Assembly: GCA_963764075.1 (NCBI GenBank)
Contig: CAVXQZ010000002.1
Location: forward strand, 76,915 to 140,914
Source of the DNA: an uncultured delta proteobacterium
GTDB taxonomy: Bacteria > Myxococcota_A > Polyangia > Polyangiales > Polyangiaceae
Reading direction: 5' to 3'
DNA: 64,000 nt
Shown: positions 35,574 through 44,068 of the stretch, one piece after another
Position numbering within the stretch: position 1 is the stretch's first letter
Layout of the letters: each line of letters opens with the position of its first letter
The notes under the pieces: model-generated
Told to the model about the DNA's origin: nothing
The model's input: only the letters and a program-made list of their open reading frames with translations
Databases searched by the model: none
Program-made: the position numbers and the translations under genes

Positions 35574-36358
35574 AGCGCATGTGTGGCCGCCGCTTGTGCG
35601 CGCTCGCGCCCCTCCTCGTCATCGTCGTGGCGAGCGCGCTCGGTGCCGCCGCGGCGAACGAGCCGGCGGGCCGCCTCGACCCGGCGCGGGCGTGGTGCGG
35701 CCCTTCGCGAGCGCGGCCGCTCGGCTGCGGCGAGGCCGGCGTGGATCTGCTGGCGCTCGTGTCCGCCGCCGAGCTGCGCGCCGTCGCTCTGGCGGTGGCG
35801 GTCGCTCTCGTGGGCTTCGTCGTAGGTACGTCCGTCGGCGCGGGGGCGGCCCTGGTGCGCGGTCGCTTCGAGCGAGGCGTCGATCGGACGTGCGATCTCG
35901 TTCAGGCGTTCCCGAGCTTCATCCTCGCGCTGGCGGTGCTGAGTGCGGTTCGCTCGCCGTCCCGGGTCGCCCTCGGCGCGGTGTTCGCGCTGACGGCCTG
36001 GGCGCCATTTGCCCGTCTGGCGCTCGCGCAGACCCGTGTTCTGCGCGACGCGGCGTTCGTGGAAGCGGCGGTCGCGCTGGGTCGCGGGTCCTTCGGCGTG
36101 CTCGCGCGCCATATCCTCCCCAACCTTCTCGGGATCGTCGCCGTGCAGCTCGGCTCGACCGGGGCGGCAGTCGTCGTCAGCGAGGCGGCGCTCGCGTTCG
36201 TGGGGTTCGGTCCGCCCGGGGGCGTGTCGCTCGGAGGTGTCCTCGATCAGGGCGTGGCCGCGATGCTGCGTACGCCGTACGTGCTGGCGGTTGGAGCGGC
36301 CGCGGTGTTCGCGACGAGCGCTTCGATGCTCCTCGCCGGGCAGGCCGCGGAGCGGTGA
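35570..36358 (+). CDS. ABC transporter permease, DppC/OppC-like
   Basis: The GTG at 35570 overlaps the upstream stop (GTGA). Motifs: DLVQAFPSFILALAV...EAAVALGRGSFGVLARHILPN. Confidence 0.75.
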   Translation: MKRMCGRRLCALAPLLVIVVASALGAAAANEPAGRLDPARAWCGPSRARPLGCGEAGVDLLALVSAAELRAVALAVAVALVGFVVGTSVGAGAALVRGRFERGVDRTCDLVQAFPSFILALAVLSAVRSPSRVALGAVFALTAWAPFARLALAQTRVLRDAAFVEAAVALGRGSFGVLARHILPNLLGIVAVQLGSTGAAVVVSEAALAFVGFGPPGGVSLGGVLDQGVAAMLRTPYVLAVGAAAVFATSASMLLAGQAAER

Positions 36359-36390
36359 GCGGAGCCCGCGCGTGCTAGGAGGGAGCGCCG

Positions 36391-37449
36391 ATGTTCACTC
36401 CGTCGCCTCTGCCGCGGAACCTGGAGGCGAGCTTCCGAGACCTCGGTTCCGATCGCGCGGCGACGCGCATTTCCGCCATTCGCGACGTCGTGCGCCATGC
36501 GCTTCGAAGCGACGCCACGCGCGCGCGCGCGATCGCGCAGCTCGGGAAGGCGCTGCGCGACGACGCGGCAGCCGACGTACGGGTCGCGGCTGCGGTCGCT
36601 CTCGCGGACATCGCCGCCCACGAGGCACTTCCCGTGCTCCTGGTCGCCGTGGAGGACGACGACCCCCACGTTCGTCAGATGGCCCTCTCGGCGCTCGGTG
36701 AGATCGGAGATGCCCGGGCCGGTCAGCGGCTCGAGCGCGCTCTCGACGACGAACGCCCCGAGGTCCGCTACCAGGCGGTCATCGCGTTCGCACGCGTAGC
36801 GAAGGACGACGGGCCGGCGGTTGCGGCGGCGCTCTCGCGCGCTCTGACCGACCCCGACGGCGCGATCCGGTACATTGCCATGCGCGTCGCGGAGGAGCGG
36901 CTGGCGATCGACGCCGAGACCGAGCCGCTCCGCGCCGGCACGATCGCCGCCGCCGCCGAGAGGCTGATCGACGAACCGGACGACGCGATGGCCGTCGTGT
37001 CGGCGCTCTATCTGGCTCGCCTCGGGAGGGCGCGCGGCCGCGCGCTCGTGCTCGACGTCGTGGCGGAGCGGAGGGCTACGCCCGAGATCGAAGACGAGCA
37101 GGCGTGCGTGGAGCTCACCGGCGAACTGGCCCTGAGCGAGGCGATCCCGCATTTGGAGCGGCGCGCCTTTGGGACGCGCCGGCTCGTGCGCGCCGTCTTG
37201 TCCTGGGGCGCGGGCGACGGGGCGAGCTGCGCGTGGCACGCGCGGATCGCGCTCGCGCGGATGGGCCACGAGCGGGCGCGCGCCGAGATCGTGGCCAATC
37301 TCGCGTCCTGGCGCCGGGAAACGCGCGAGGCCGCGGTCGTGGCGGCCGGTCGCGCCCGCATCCGGGAGGCGCGGGCCCTCCTCGAGAGCTTGGGAGAGAC
37401 CGTCGACTCCGCGTTGGTCCGCGAAGCGCTCGTTCGACTTGCAGTATAG
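36391..37449 (+). CDS. HEAT-repeat protein
   Basis: Repeated D-x-VR-x-AA-x-ALG/ALADI units (DVRVAAAVALADI, DPHVRQMALSALGEIGD, RPEVRYQAVIAFARV, DGAIRYIAMRVA). Confidence 0.75.
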   Translation: MFTPSPLPRNLEASFRDLGSDRAATRISAIRDVVRHALRSDATRARAIAQLGKALRDDAAADVRVAAAVALADIAAHEALPVLLVAVEDDDPHVRQMALSALGEIGDARAGQRLERALDDERPEVRYQAVIAFARVAKDDGPAVAAALSRALTDPDGAIRYIAMRVAEERLAIDAETEPLRAGTIAAAAERLIDEPDDAMAVVSALYLARLGRARGRALVLDVVAERRATPEIEDEQACVELTGELALSEAIPHLERRAFGTRRLVRAVLSWGAGDGASCAWHARIALARMGHERARAEIVANLASWRRETREAAVVAAGRARIREARALLESLGETVDSALVREALVRLAV

Positions 37450-37528
37450 GAGGGGAGGCGAAGTGGCTTCTGTCGCGGCGAGGCTGTGCGATGCGGGCGA
37501 GACGAGCAGGACCGGCTAGGCGTTCCGT

Positions 37529-38029
37529 ATGAGCCGACTTCGTGCCGTCACCGCCGTTCTCTCGCTGCTTGCCGTGGCCGTCTGGCTCGGCGGCCTTTTC
37601 GCCCTCGGAGCGATCGCCGCGCCGGTCGTTTTTTCGGTGGTCCCCGCTCCCTCGAGCGCGGACGCCATGACGATCGTGTTCCGCCGGTTCGACTTGGTCG
37701 CGATGGCGTGCGCGGTGTGCCTGCTCTTGGTCGAAGCCGCGCGCGCGTTATTCCGCGAGCCCTTCGCGCTCTCCGATCGACTTCGCATCGGGGCGAGCGT
37801 GCTGGCGGGCGTGCTCGCGGCATTCGAGGGCGCCTTCGTTTCGCCTCGCATCGCTGCGCTCCACTGGGGCGGCGCCATCCGGGGGCTCGGACCCGCGGGG
37901 CTCGAGCTCGCGCGCCTGCACGACATCGCCGAAGCCTGCGGCAAAGCCGAGATCGTGCTGCTCGTGGCGATCCTCGCGCTCCATGTGGGCGCCCTTCGGA
38001 AGCCCGCGATACGGCCAGTGGCGGTGTAA
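37529..38029 (+). CDS. DUF4149-like membrane protein
   Basis: 166-aa ORF with 4 predicted TM helices. N-terminus AVWLGGLFALGAIAAPVVF...IVFRRFDLV. Confidence 0.55.
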   Translation: MSRLRAVTAVLSLLAVAVWLGGLFALGAIAAPVVFSVVPAPSSADAMTIVFRRFDLVAMACAVCLLLVEAARALFREPFALSDRLRIGASVLAGVLAAFEGAFVSPRIAALHWGGAIRGLGPAGLELARLHDIAEACGKAEIVLLVAILALHVGALRKPAIRPVAV

Positions 38030-38105
38030 CTTCACAAGTTCACGCGGTTGACGCAATCCATCGCCGCACGGTACCGTTTCCAGGCTTAGGGCGGGCGAGG
38101 AGGCA

Positions 38106-39275
38106 TTGTTCATGTCGCGGACGAAATCGACGGGGTTTGTGTCACGCGTGCTCATCGCCGCCGCGGCAGCGGCCGTTGGCGGCTGCTCGAGCAGCAGCAG
38201 CACTACCACCGCAAAGGACGCGGGCACCGCCACGCACCGACCCGTGGTGGAGGCTGGGACCACTCCGGACGCAAGCACAAGCGACAGCGGCGCGGCGGCG
38301 CCAACCTTCGATGGCACGAGCGGAAAGGCCTGCACGTCGAACGCGGACTGCGACAATGGCGCCGGGGTCAACGTGTGCAGCAACACGTACAAGTTTGAGG
38401 CCTTGGACGGTGTGAGCAGTCCCCAACTCTGGCCCACCCCCCTCTGTACGGTCCCGCTCCCGACAGTGGTCGGCGAGGGAAACTGCGACCCTGGAGACCT
38501 CGGAGATCTTCAATTCTGCGATAGTGCCAATCCGACCGACCCCGCCTCCCCGGGAATCTGCATCCCGCTGACTTCACCCCAGACCGCGGGGCCGACGAAC
38601 GGATTCTGCTTGCCGCACTGCACGTTCGCGTTTGACGGCACGGTTCAGATGGGTTGTCCGGGCAAGGACACGTGCAACCAGGACAACTACTTGCTCGATA
38701 CGACGACCAACATGGTTCAGGGACACGGCTTTTGCCAGGGTACCTGCCAGGCCGATACAGACTGCTCGGCGCTCGGCACAGGATGGGTCTGCCAAGTCGA
38801 CCAGGGCGTGTGCACGACGGCGAAGAAAACCCCCACCAAGACGATCGGCACGACCTGCACGAACTCCGGGAACGGGGCCACGCCGCTGGCGACGAGCGAC
38901 ACGCAGACCGGCGCTTGCAACTGTCCGTTTTCAGGGTCGGACATCACTGCCTTTTACTGCACGCAGACGTGTGTGGTCGGGGGAACGCCCTGTCCGGTCG
39001 GCTACACGTGCGACGCCCTCATCCCGGGTGAGCTCGACTTCAGCAACCCCGATGGCGGTTCGGACCTCATCATCCCGGGCCCCAAGATGGAGAGTCCGGG
39101 ATTAGCCGGATATTGCCTTGCGACGTGCAATCCCGACGGCGGCGCCGCGCCCGCGGCCGACGGCGGATGCCCCGGCACGAGCAACACGCCGCCGCTTTCG
39201 AATTGTACGGCGCCGACGGACTTTGATGGCGGCGGCACGGCCGCGGGTCCCGACTGCCTGCCTCCTCCGCAGTAG
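38106..39275 (+). CDS. Cys-rich secreted lipoprotein
   Basis: Lipobox AAAAAVGGCSSSSS. Many paired Cys (GKACTSNADCDNGAGVNVCSN..., CQGTCQADTDCSALGTGWVC). Confidence 0.65.
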   Translation: MFMSRTKSTGFVSRVLIAAAAAAVGGCSSSSSTTTAKDAGTATHRPVVEAGTTPDASTSDSGAAAPTFDGTSGKACTSNADCDNGAGVNVCSNTYKFEALDGVSSPQLWPTPLCTVPLPTVVGEGNCDPGDLGDLQFCDSANPTDPASPGICIPLTSPQTAGPTNGFCLPHCTFAFDGTVQMGCPGKDTCNQDNYLLDTTTNMVQGHGFCQGTCQADTDCSALGTGWVCQVDQGVCTTAKKTPTKTIGTTCTNSGNGATPLATSDTQTGACNCPFSGSDITAFYCTQTCVVGGTPCPVGYTCDALIPGELDFSNPDGGSDLIIPGPKMESPGLAGYCLATCNPDGGAAPAADGGCPGTSNTPPLSNCTAPTDFDGGGTAAGPDCLPPPQ

Positions 39276-39336
39276 CAATTCGGCTCCCGTTCGCTACGCG
39301 CCGCCGCGCGTGCCATACTGACCGACGAACTTTTCT

Positions 39337-40377
39337 TTGCGTTGGCTTCAGATGTCGTTCCATGTCCGCGTCGGCGGCAGGCCGTGGATTTCGGGGTTGG
39401 CGCTGCTGGCGGTCGTCGGCGGCGACGGCTGCGGCTCCACGTCCGCAGTTGCGCCTTCTTCCGCCACCGAGCTGCCGGGTGTCGTGGATGCGGGGGTGGA
39501 GGCAGCCGCCGCGGGCGCCGCGTCCACGGCGACCGGCTCCGTCTTCCCGACGGTCGAGGCAAGCGCGTGCAGGCCGGGCGACGTTCAAACCTACCAGCCG
39601 GGCCCGTACCATTTTGCCGCGGCCGCGTGGCGGGGGGTGTGCGTCGTGGAGGGGCCCACCGGCAATGGTCAGGACCGCATGTTCTTCGACAGATGCCTCG
39701 GGCCGGGTGCGACTCCGGCGGACTGCGATGCATTTCAGGCGGATGCCGCCAATGCGGATTGTGCGAAATGCATTTTGACGCCCGACTCCACGACCGACCT
39801 TTCCGGCTACGGGCCGCTCATCGACCACGGCACGTTCATCACGACCAACGTCGCGGGTTGCATCGAGCTCACCGATCCGGGCGCCCTGTCGTGCGCCAAG
39901 GCCGTGCAGGCGCTCGGCGGCTGCGAGCTGGGGGCCTGCGAGGCGAACTGCCCCGTGGACGACGTGGCCTCCCGCGCCGCGTACGACGCGTGCACGGCCC
40001 AAGCGGATCGCGGGGGATGCCAGCCGTACGCGATGGCCGCCGCTTGCACGAACGCGGAGGTGTCCTCGGCGCAGTCGTGCTTTCTCCGGTCGTTCGACGA
40101 CTTCTATTACGCCGTCGTGCCGCTCTTTTGCGGCCCTCCGCCCATTTTCGACGGCGGGAACGCGCTCCGATTCGACGCGGGCGATGACGGGCTTTTCGGA
40201 TCGGTCGCGCAGCCCGATGCGTCGGTGGGCGTCGACCTGGACGCCGCGATCACCGACCTGCCCGATGGGGATGTCCGCCTGGATGGACCGAAAGCGAGCG
40301 ACGCGGCGACCGGAGAGCGGCGGCCGACCGACGCGGATGCGCGGGACGATGCGCCGCGGGACGCCGCGCGCGACTAG
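39337..40377 (+). CDS. Cys-rich secreted (lipo)protein
   Basis: Signal LALLAVVGGDGCGS, a Cys-rich core, and an Asp-rich C-terminal tail. The TAG stop lies inside a palindrome. Confidence 0.6.
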   Translation: MRWLQMSFHVRVGGRPWISGLALLAVVGGDGCGSTSAVAPSSATELPGVVDAGVEAAAAGAASTATGSVFPTVEASACRPGDVQTYQPGPYHFAAAAWRGVCVVEGPTGNGQDRMFFDRCLGPGATPADCDAFQADAANADCAKCILTPDSTTDLSGYGPLIDHGTFITTNVAGCIELTDPGALSCAKAVQALGGCELGACEANCPVDDVASRAAYDACTAQADRGGCQPYAMAAACTNAEVSSAQSCFLRSFDDFYYAVVPLFCGPPPIFDGGNALRFDAGDDGLFGSVAQPDASVGVDLDAAITDLPDGDVRLDGPKASDAATGERRPTDADARDDAPRDAARD

Positions 40378-40402
40378 TGCGGCGCCGACGGCGCTGCACT
40401 AG
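40374..40402 (+). terminator. 13-bp-stem hairpin related to the kup-repeat palindrome; it overlaps the TAG stop
   Basis: CTAGTGCGGCGCC-GAC-GGCGCTGCACTAG uses the same arm sequence as 26527-26578 (one G/A difference) but has a 3-nt loop. It sits between two co-oriented genes. Confidence 0.5.
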
Positions 40403-40427
40403 AAATGCGATCGGCTGTCCGAGTGCC

Positions 40428-41555
40428 ATGACCGAACGGGACCCCGCGGAGATCAGGGACGAAGACCCGGACGTCTCGCTCCTGCGGGTGATTCGAGACG
40501 ACGGCAGCGCCGATCCGGCGACCGATCCGCTCCTTGCCCCGCAAACCGTGCTTCGGGCGTATCGCGAAATGCGTCGGCTCCGGATCCTCGACGCGCGGAT
40601 GATCGCTCTTCAGCGGCAGGGGCGCGTCGGTTTCTACGGCGCGGCGTTGGGCCAGGAAGCGGTGCCGATCGCCGCGGGGCTGGCGCTCGATCGGCGAGAC
40701 TGGGTATTTCCCGCCCTTCGCGAGCAGAGCATCATGCTGGTTCGCGGGTTTCCCCTCGCGACGTTCGTCGCGCAAATATTCGGGAGCGCCGGCGACGTGC
40801 TCAAAGGCAGGCAGATGCCGAGCCACCAGGCGGGGCGAGCCGTCCACCAGGTGAGCTGGTCGTCGTGCGTCGGCCCCCAGCTTCCCCAGGCGGTGGGGAC
40901 CGCATGGGCCATGCGCGCGCGCAGGTCGGGCGAAGTCGTGGCGGCCTTCTGCGGAGACGGGGCGACGAGCCAGGCCGACTTTCACACCGCCATGCGCGCC
41001 GCGGCCGCCTGGCGGGTCCCGTGCGTCATCGTGTGCCAGAATAACCACTGGTCGATCAGCGTGCCGACCGAGAGGCAAACCGCTTCCCGCACGATCGCGG
41101 TGAAGGCGCGCGCGTACGGCATTCCAGGGGTGCGGGTCGACGGCAACGACCTTCTCGCCACCTACGCCGTGCTGCGCGCAGCCATAGACCGGGCACGAGC
41201 CGGAGAAGGCCCTACGTTCGTCGAGGCGGTCACCTATCGAATGGGCGCGCACTCCACCAGCGACGACCCGTCGCGCTACCGCTCCGACGCCGAGGTCACG
41301 CTATGGGCGAGCAGAGACCCCCTCGATAGGCTACGAAAGCACCTCGTTTCGATGGATCTTCTCACCGAGACCCTCGATGCGGCCCTCGAGGCCGAATTGA
41401 CGGCCGAGATCGCCGAGGCGGTGGCCACCGTGGAGCACATGCCGCCGCCGGAGCGCTCGTCTCTGGTGACCGATGTGTACGCCGAGCTGCCGTGGCACTT
41501 GCGCGAGCAACTCGAAGAGTTGCAAAAGTTCGCGGTGGCTCCTAGGGACGGGTAA
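40428..41555 (+). CDS. thiamine-diphosphate-dependent 2-oxoacid dehydrogenase E1 component, alpha subunit
   Basis: RQGRVGFYGAALGQEA...FCGDGATSQADFHTAM...VPCVIVCQNNHWSISVP...YRMGAHSTSDDPSRYR. Confidence 0.88.
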   Translation: MTERDPAEIRDEDPDVSLLRVIRDDGSADPATDPLLAPQTVLRAYREMRRLRILDARMIALQRQGRVGFYGAALGQEAVPIAAGLALDRRDWVFPALREQSIMLVRGFPLATFVAQIFGSAGDVLKGRQMPSHQAGRAVHQVSWSSCVGPQLPQAVGTAWAMRARRSGEVVAAFCGDGATSQADFHTAMRAAAAWRVPCVIVCQNNHWSISVPTERQTASRTIAVKARAYGIPGVRVDGNDLLATYAVLRAAIDRARAGEGPTFVEAVTYRMGAHSTSDDPSRYRSDAEVTLWASRDPLDRLRKHLVSMDLLTETLDAALEAELTAEIAEAVATVEHMPPPERSSLVTDVYAELPWHLREQLEELQKFAVAPRDG

Positions 41556-41624
41556 GCAGTGGTCGAGCACGCCCCGAGCGGCGGCGAGCGGACCGAAACC
41601 AAGGGACAGGGCGAGAGGAACAGA

Positions 41625-43034
41625 ATGGCCAACAAAACCTACGACGCCATCGTCATCGGTGGCGGCCCGGGCGGTTATCCCTGCGCGATCCGCCTGGCGC
41701 AGCTCAAGCAAACCGTTCTCTGCGTCGAGAAAGACGAAGTCGGCGGCGTATGCCTAAACTGGGGGTGCGTGCCGAGCAAGGCGGTCATCGCGACCAGCCA
41801 CACGTTCGACAAGGTCAAAGCCGGCCAGGCGTACGGCCTCTTCGTCGACAACCCGCGCATCGACGCGAACAAGCTCCAGGACTGGAAGGAAGGCATCGTC
41901 AAGAAGCTCACCGGCGGCATCCGCTCGCTCTTCCGAGGAAACGGCGTCGATCTGCTCTACGGAGAAGCACGCGTCACCGGCCCGAGGACGGTCACCGTAA
42001 AGACGCGCGAGGGAGCGACCGAGACCATCCAGGCGGCCAAGGCCATCGTCGTTGCGACGGGGTCGTCGACGATCGAGATCCCCAGTTTCAAGTTCGACGG
42101 CAAAAAGATCATCGGCGCCAAGGAGGCGGTCAGCCTTCGCGAGATTCCCAAGCGCCTCCTCGTGATCGGCGGCGGCATCATCGGCATGGAGCTCGGCGGC
42201 GCCTACCTGCGGCTAGGCTCGGAGCTCACCGTGGTCGAGGCGCTCCCCAACGTGCTCACCGGCGTCGATGCTGATGTCGCGGCAGTCGTCGAGCGCGCGT
42301 ACGTCAAGCACGGCGCCAAGATTTTCAAAGGCGCCAAGGCCCTCGGCTACGAGTACCAGAAGGACGGATCGGTCGCCGTGCGGGTGGATATCGGCGGCAA
42401 GACCGAGACCATCGTGACCGACGTCGTCCTCGTCGCGGTCGGGATGCGCCCGAACGGGGGCGGCATCGGATTGGAGGAGCTCGGCGTCAAGGTCGAAAAA
42501 GGCTTCGTCCCGACCGACGCGATCGGGGCCACCAATGTTCCCGGCATCTACGCGGTCGGCGATTGCTCGAGCGTCCCCATGCTGGCCCACAAGGCCACCA
42601 AAGAGGGCGAAGTCGTGGCCGAGGTCATCGCCGGACACAAAACGGCCAAAGACTGGGTCGCCATCCCGACGGCGATCTTCACCGACCCCGAGATCGCCAC
42701 CGTCGGACTGGGCGAGCAGCAGGCGAAGGACAAGGGGATCGACGTACGGGTGGGCAAGTTCCCCTTCAGCGTCCTCGGTCGGGCGATGGCCGTCAGCGAG
42801 ACCGACGGCTTCGTCAAAGTCGTCGCGAACAAGAGCACCCACGAGATCCTGGGCTTCCAGATCGTCGGACCCGCGGCGACGGATCTGGTCAGCGAGGCCG
42901 TGCTCGCGCTCGAGATGCACGCGTTTCTCGAGGACGTGGCGCTGACCGTTCACCCGCACCCCACCCTCGGCGAGGCGATGATGGAGGCCGCGCTCCACGG
43001 CCTCGGCCAGTCGGTGCACCTGCTCAACAAGTGA
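41625..43034 (+). CDS. lpdA: dihydrolipoyl dehydrogenase (E3)
   Basis: YDAIVIGGGPGGYPCAIRLAQL...GGVCLNWGCVPSKA (redox-active disulfide) and C-terminal HPHPTLGEAMMEAA. Confidence 0.92.
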   Translation: MANKTYDAIVIGGGPGGYPCAIRLAQLKQTVLCVEKDEVGGVCLNWGCVPSKAVIATSHTFDKVKAGQAYGLFVDNPRIDANKLQDWKEGIVKKLTGGIRSLFRGNGVDLLYGEARVTGPRTVTVKTREGATETIQAAKAIVVATGSSTIEIPSFKFDGKKIIGAKEAVSLREIPKRLLVIGGGIIGMELGGAYLRLGSELTVVEALPNVLTGVDADVAAVVERAYVKHGAKIFKGAKALGYEYQKDGSVAVRVDIGGKTETIVTDVVLVAVGMRPNGGGIGLEELGVKVEKGFVPTDAIGATNVPGIYAVGDCSSVPMLAHKATKEGEVVAEVIAGHKTAKDWVAIPTAIFTDPEIATVGLGEQQAKDKGIDVRVGKFPFSVLGRAMAVSETDGFVKVVANKSTHEILGFQIVGPAATDLVSEAVLALEMHAFLEDVALTVHPHPTLGEAMMEAALHGLGQSVHLLNK

Positions 43035-43042
43035 GCTCGGCC

Positions 43043-43219
43043 TCAGCGCCTCCCTTTGAAGCCCATCATGGATTGAACGACCGATTCGCTCTGTTCGGCG
43101 ACCTCGGCCTGTTCGCGCGCGCGGTCCGCGCAGTCCTCGCATAGTTTCTTCGCCTTGCCCGCGACTTTCACGGTGACAAGCTCGCTTGCTTCTTCTCCGC
43201 ATTGCTTGCAAGTGGGCAT
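43043..43219 (-). CDS. small zinc-ribbon protein (58 aa, below the ORF-track cutoff)
   Basis: My translation: MPTCKQCGEEASELVTVKVAGKAKKLCEDCADRAREQAEVAEQSESVVQSMMGFKGRR. It has two CxxC pairs and AGGAG 8 nt upstream of the ATG. It is divergent from pspA. Confidence 0.5.
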   Translation of the reverse strand: MPTCKQCGEEASELVTVKVAGKAKKLCEDCADRAREQAEVAEQSESVVQSMMGFKGRR

Positions 43220-43346
43220 CGGGAAGCTCCTTTGGACGGGTCACGCCTCGCAACGGGTGAGGATAGCGTGCGCGAGGCGCCCTAGGGCAAAGAGGTGGTC
43301 CACAGGGGGCCGTGATAGATTCGGCTGCAACGAGGCTCGTCGCTCC

Positions 43347-44048
43347 ATGGGCATCTTCGATCGAATGGGCAAGGTCATTCAGAGCAACCTCAACGCCCTG
43401 CTCGACAAGGCGCAGGACGAACGCAAGCTCGTCGAACTAAACCTCGACGAAATGGACGAGCAAATCAAAGCCGGCCATCAGGAGGTGGTTCAGGCGGTCG
43501 CGGCGGAGAAGCAGCTCCGCAAGAAATGCGACGATCTCCAGGCGGACATCCTCCGATGGGACAAGCGTGCCGAGCTCGCACTGAAGGGCGGCGACGAATC
43601 CCTCGCCCGGGAGGCGCTCAAACAGAAGAAAATGCGCTCGGCCGAGCTCGAGACCGCCGACCGCGTGCGGGGCGAACAGCACGACGCAGCCGCGCGGATG
43701 AAAGATGACCTCGAGCGGATGAAGCAAAAGCTGGCGGAGCTCAAGCTCCGCAAGCCCACGATCCTGGCTCGCGCGCAGCAGGCGCGAGCGACGGCGTCGG
43801 GTTCGGAGCAGCTGGGTTCCAAAGGAGGAGCGAGCGCGTTCGACAACTTTCGCCGCATGGAAGAGAAGATCGAGGGACGGGAAGCCGAAAGCGCCGCGAT
43901 GGCCGAAGTCGAGGACGCGCTGGGCAAACGTGGCAACCCAGAAGACCTCGAAGCGAAGTTTCGCGATCTCGAAAAGCAGGCTGGCGGCGGCACCACCGGC
44001 GACGTCGACGACGAGCTCGCCGCGCTCAAAAAACGGATCCGCGTCTAG
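43347..44048 (+). CDS. pspA: PspA/IM30-family membrane-stress protein
   Basis: MGIFDRMGKVIQSNLNALLDKAQDERKLVELNLDEMDEQI... with coiled-coil throughout. Start taken at the internal ATG. Confidence 0.88.
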   Translation: MGIFDRMGKVIQSNLNALLDKAQDERKLVELNLDEMDEQIKAGHQEVVQAVAAEKQLRKKCDDLQADILRWDKRAELALKGGDESLAREALKQKKMRSAELETADRVRGEQHDAAARMKDDLERMKQKLAELKLRKPTILARAQQARATASGSEQLGSKGGASAFDNFRRMEEKIEGREAESAAMAEVEDALGKRGNPEDLEAKFRDLEKQAGGGTTGDVDDELAALKKRIRV

Positions 44049-44068
44049 GCGCCCCCCGAGAAGCGATC

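Noticed and set aside
43220-43346. A sigma-54 promoter upstream of pspA, expected from the E. coli paradigm and the nearby NtrC-type regulator.
   Set aside because: No TGGCAC-N5-TTGC-like element is present. The nearest string (TGGTCCACAGGGGGC) does not fit.
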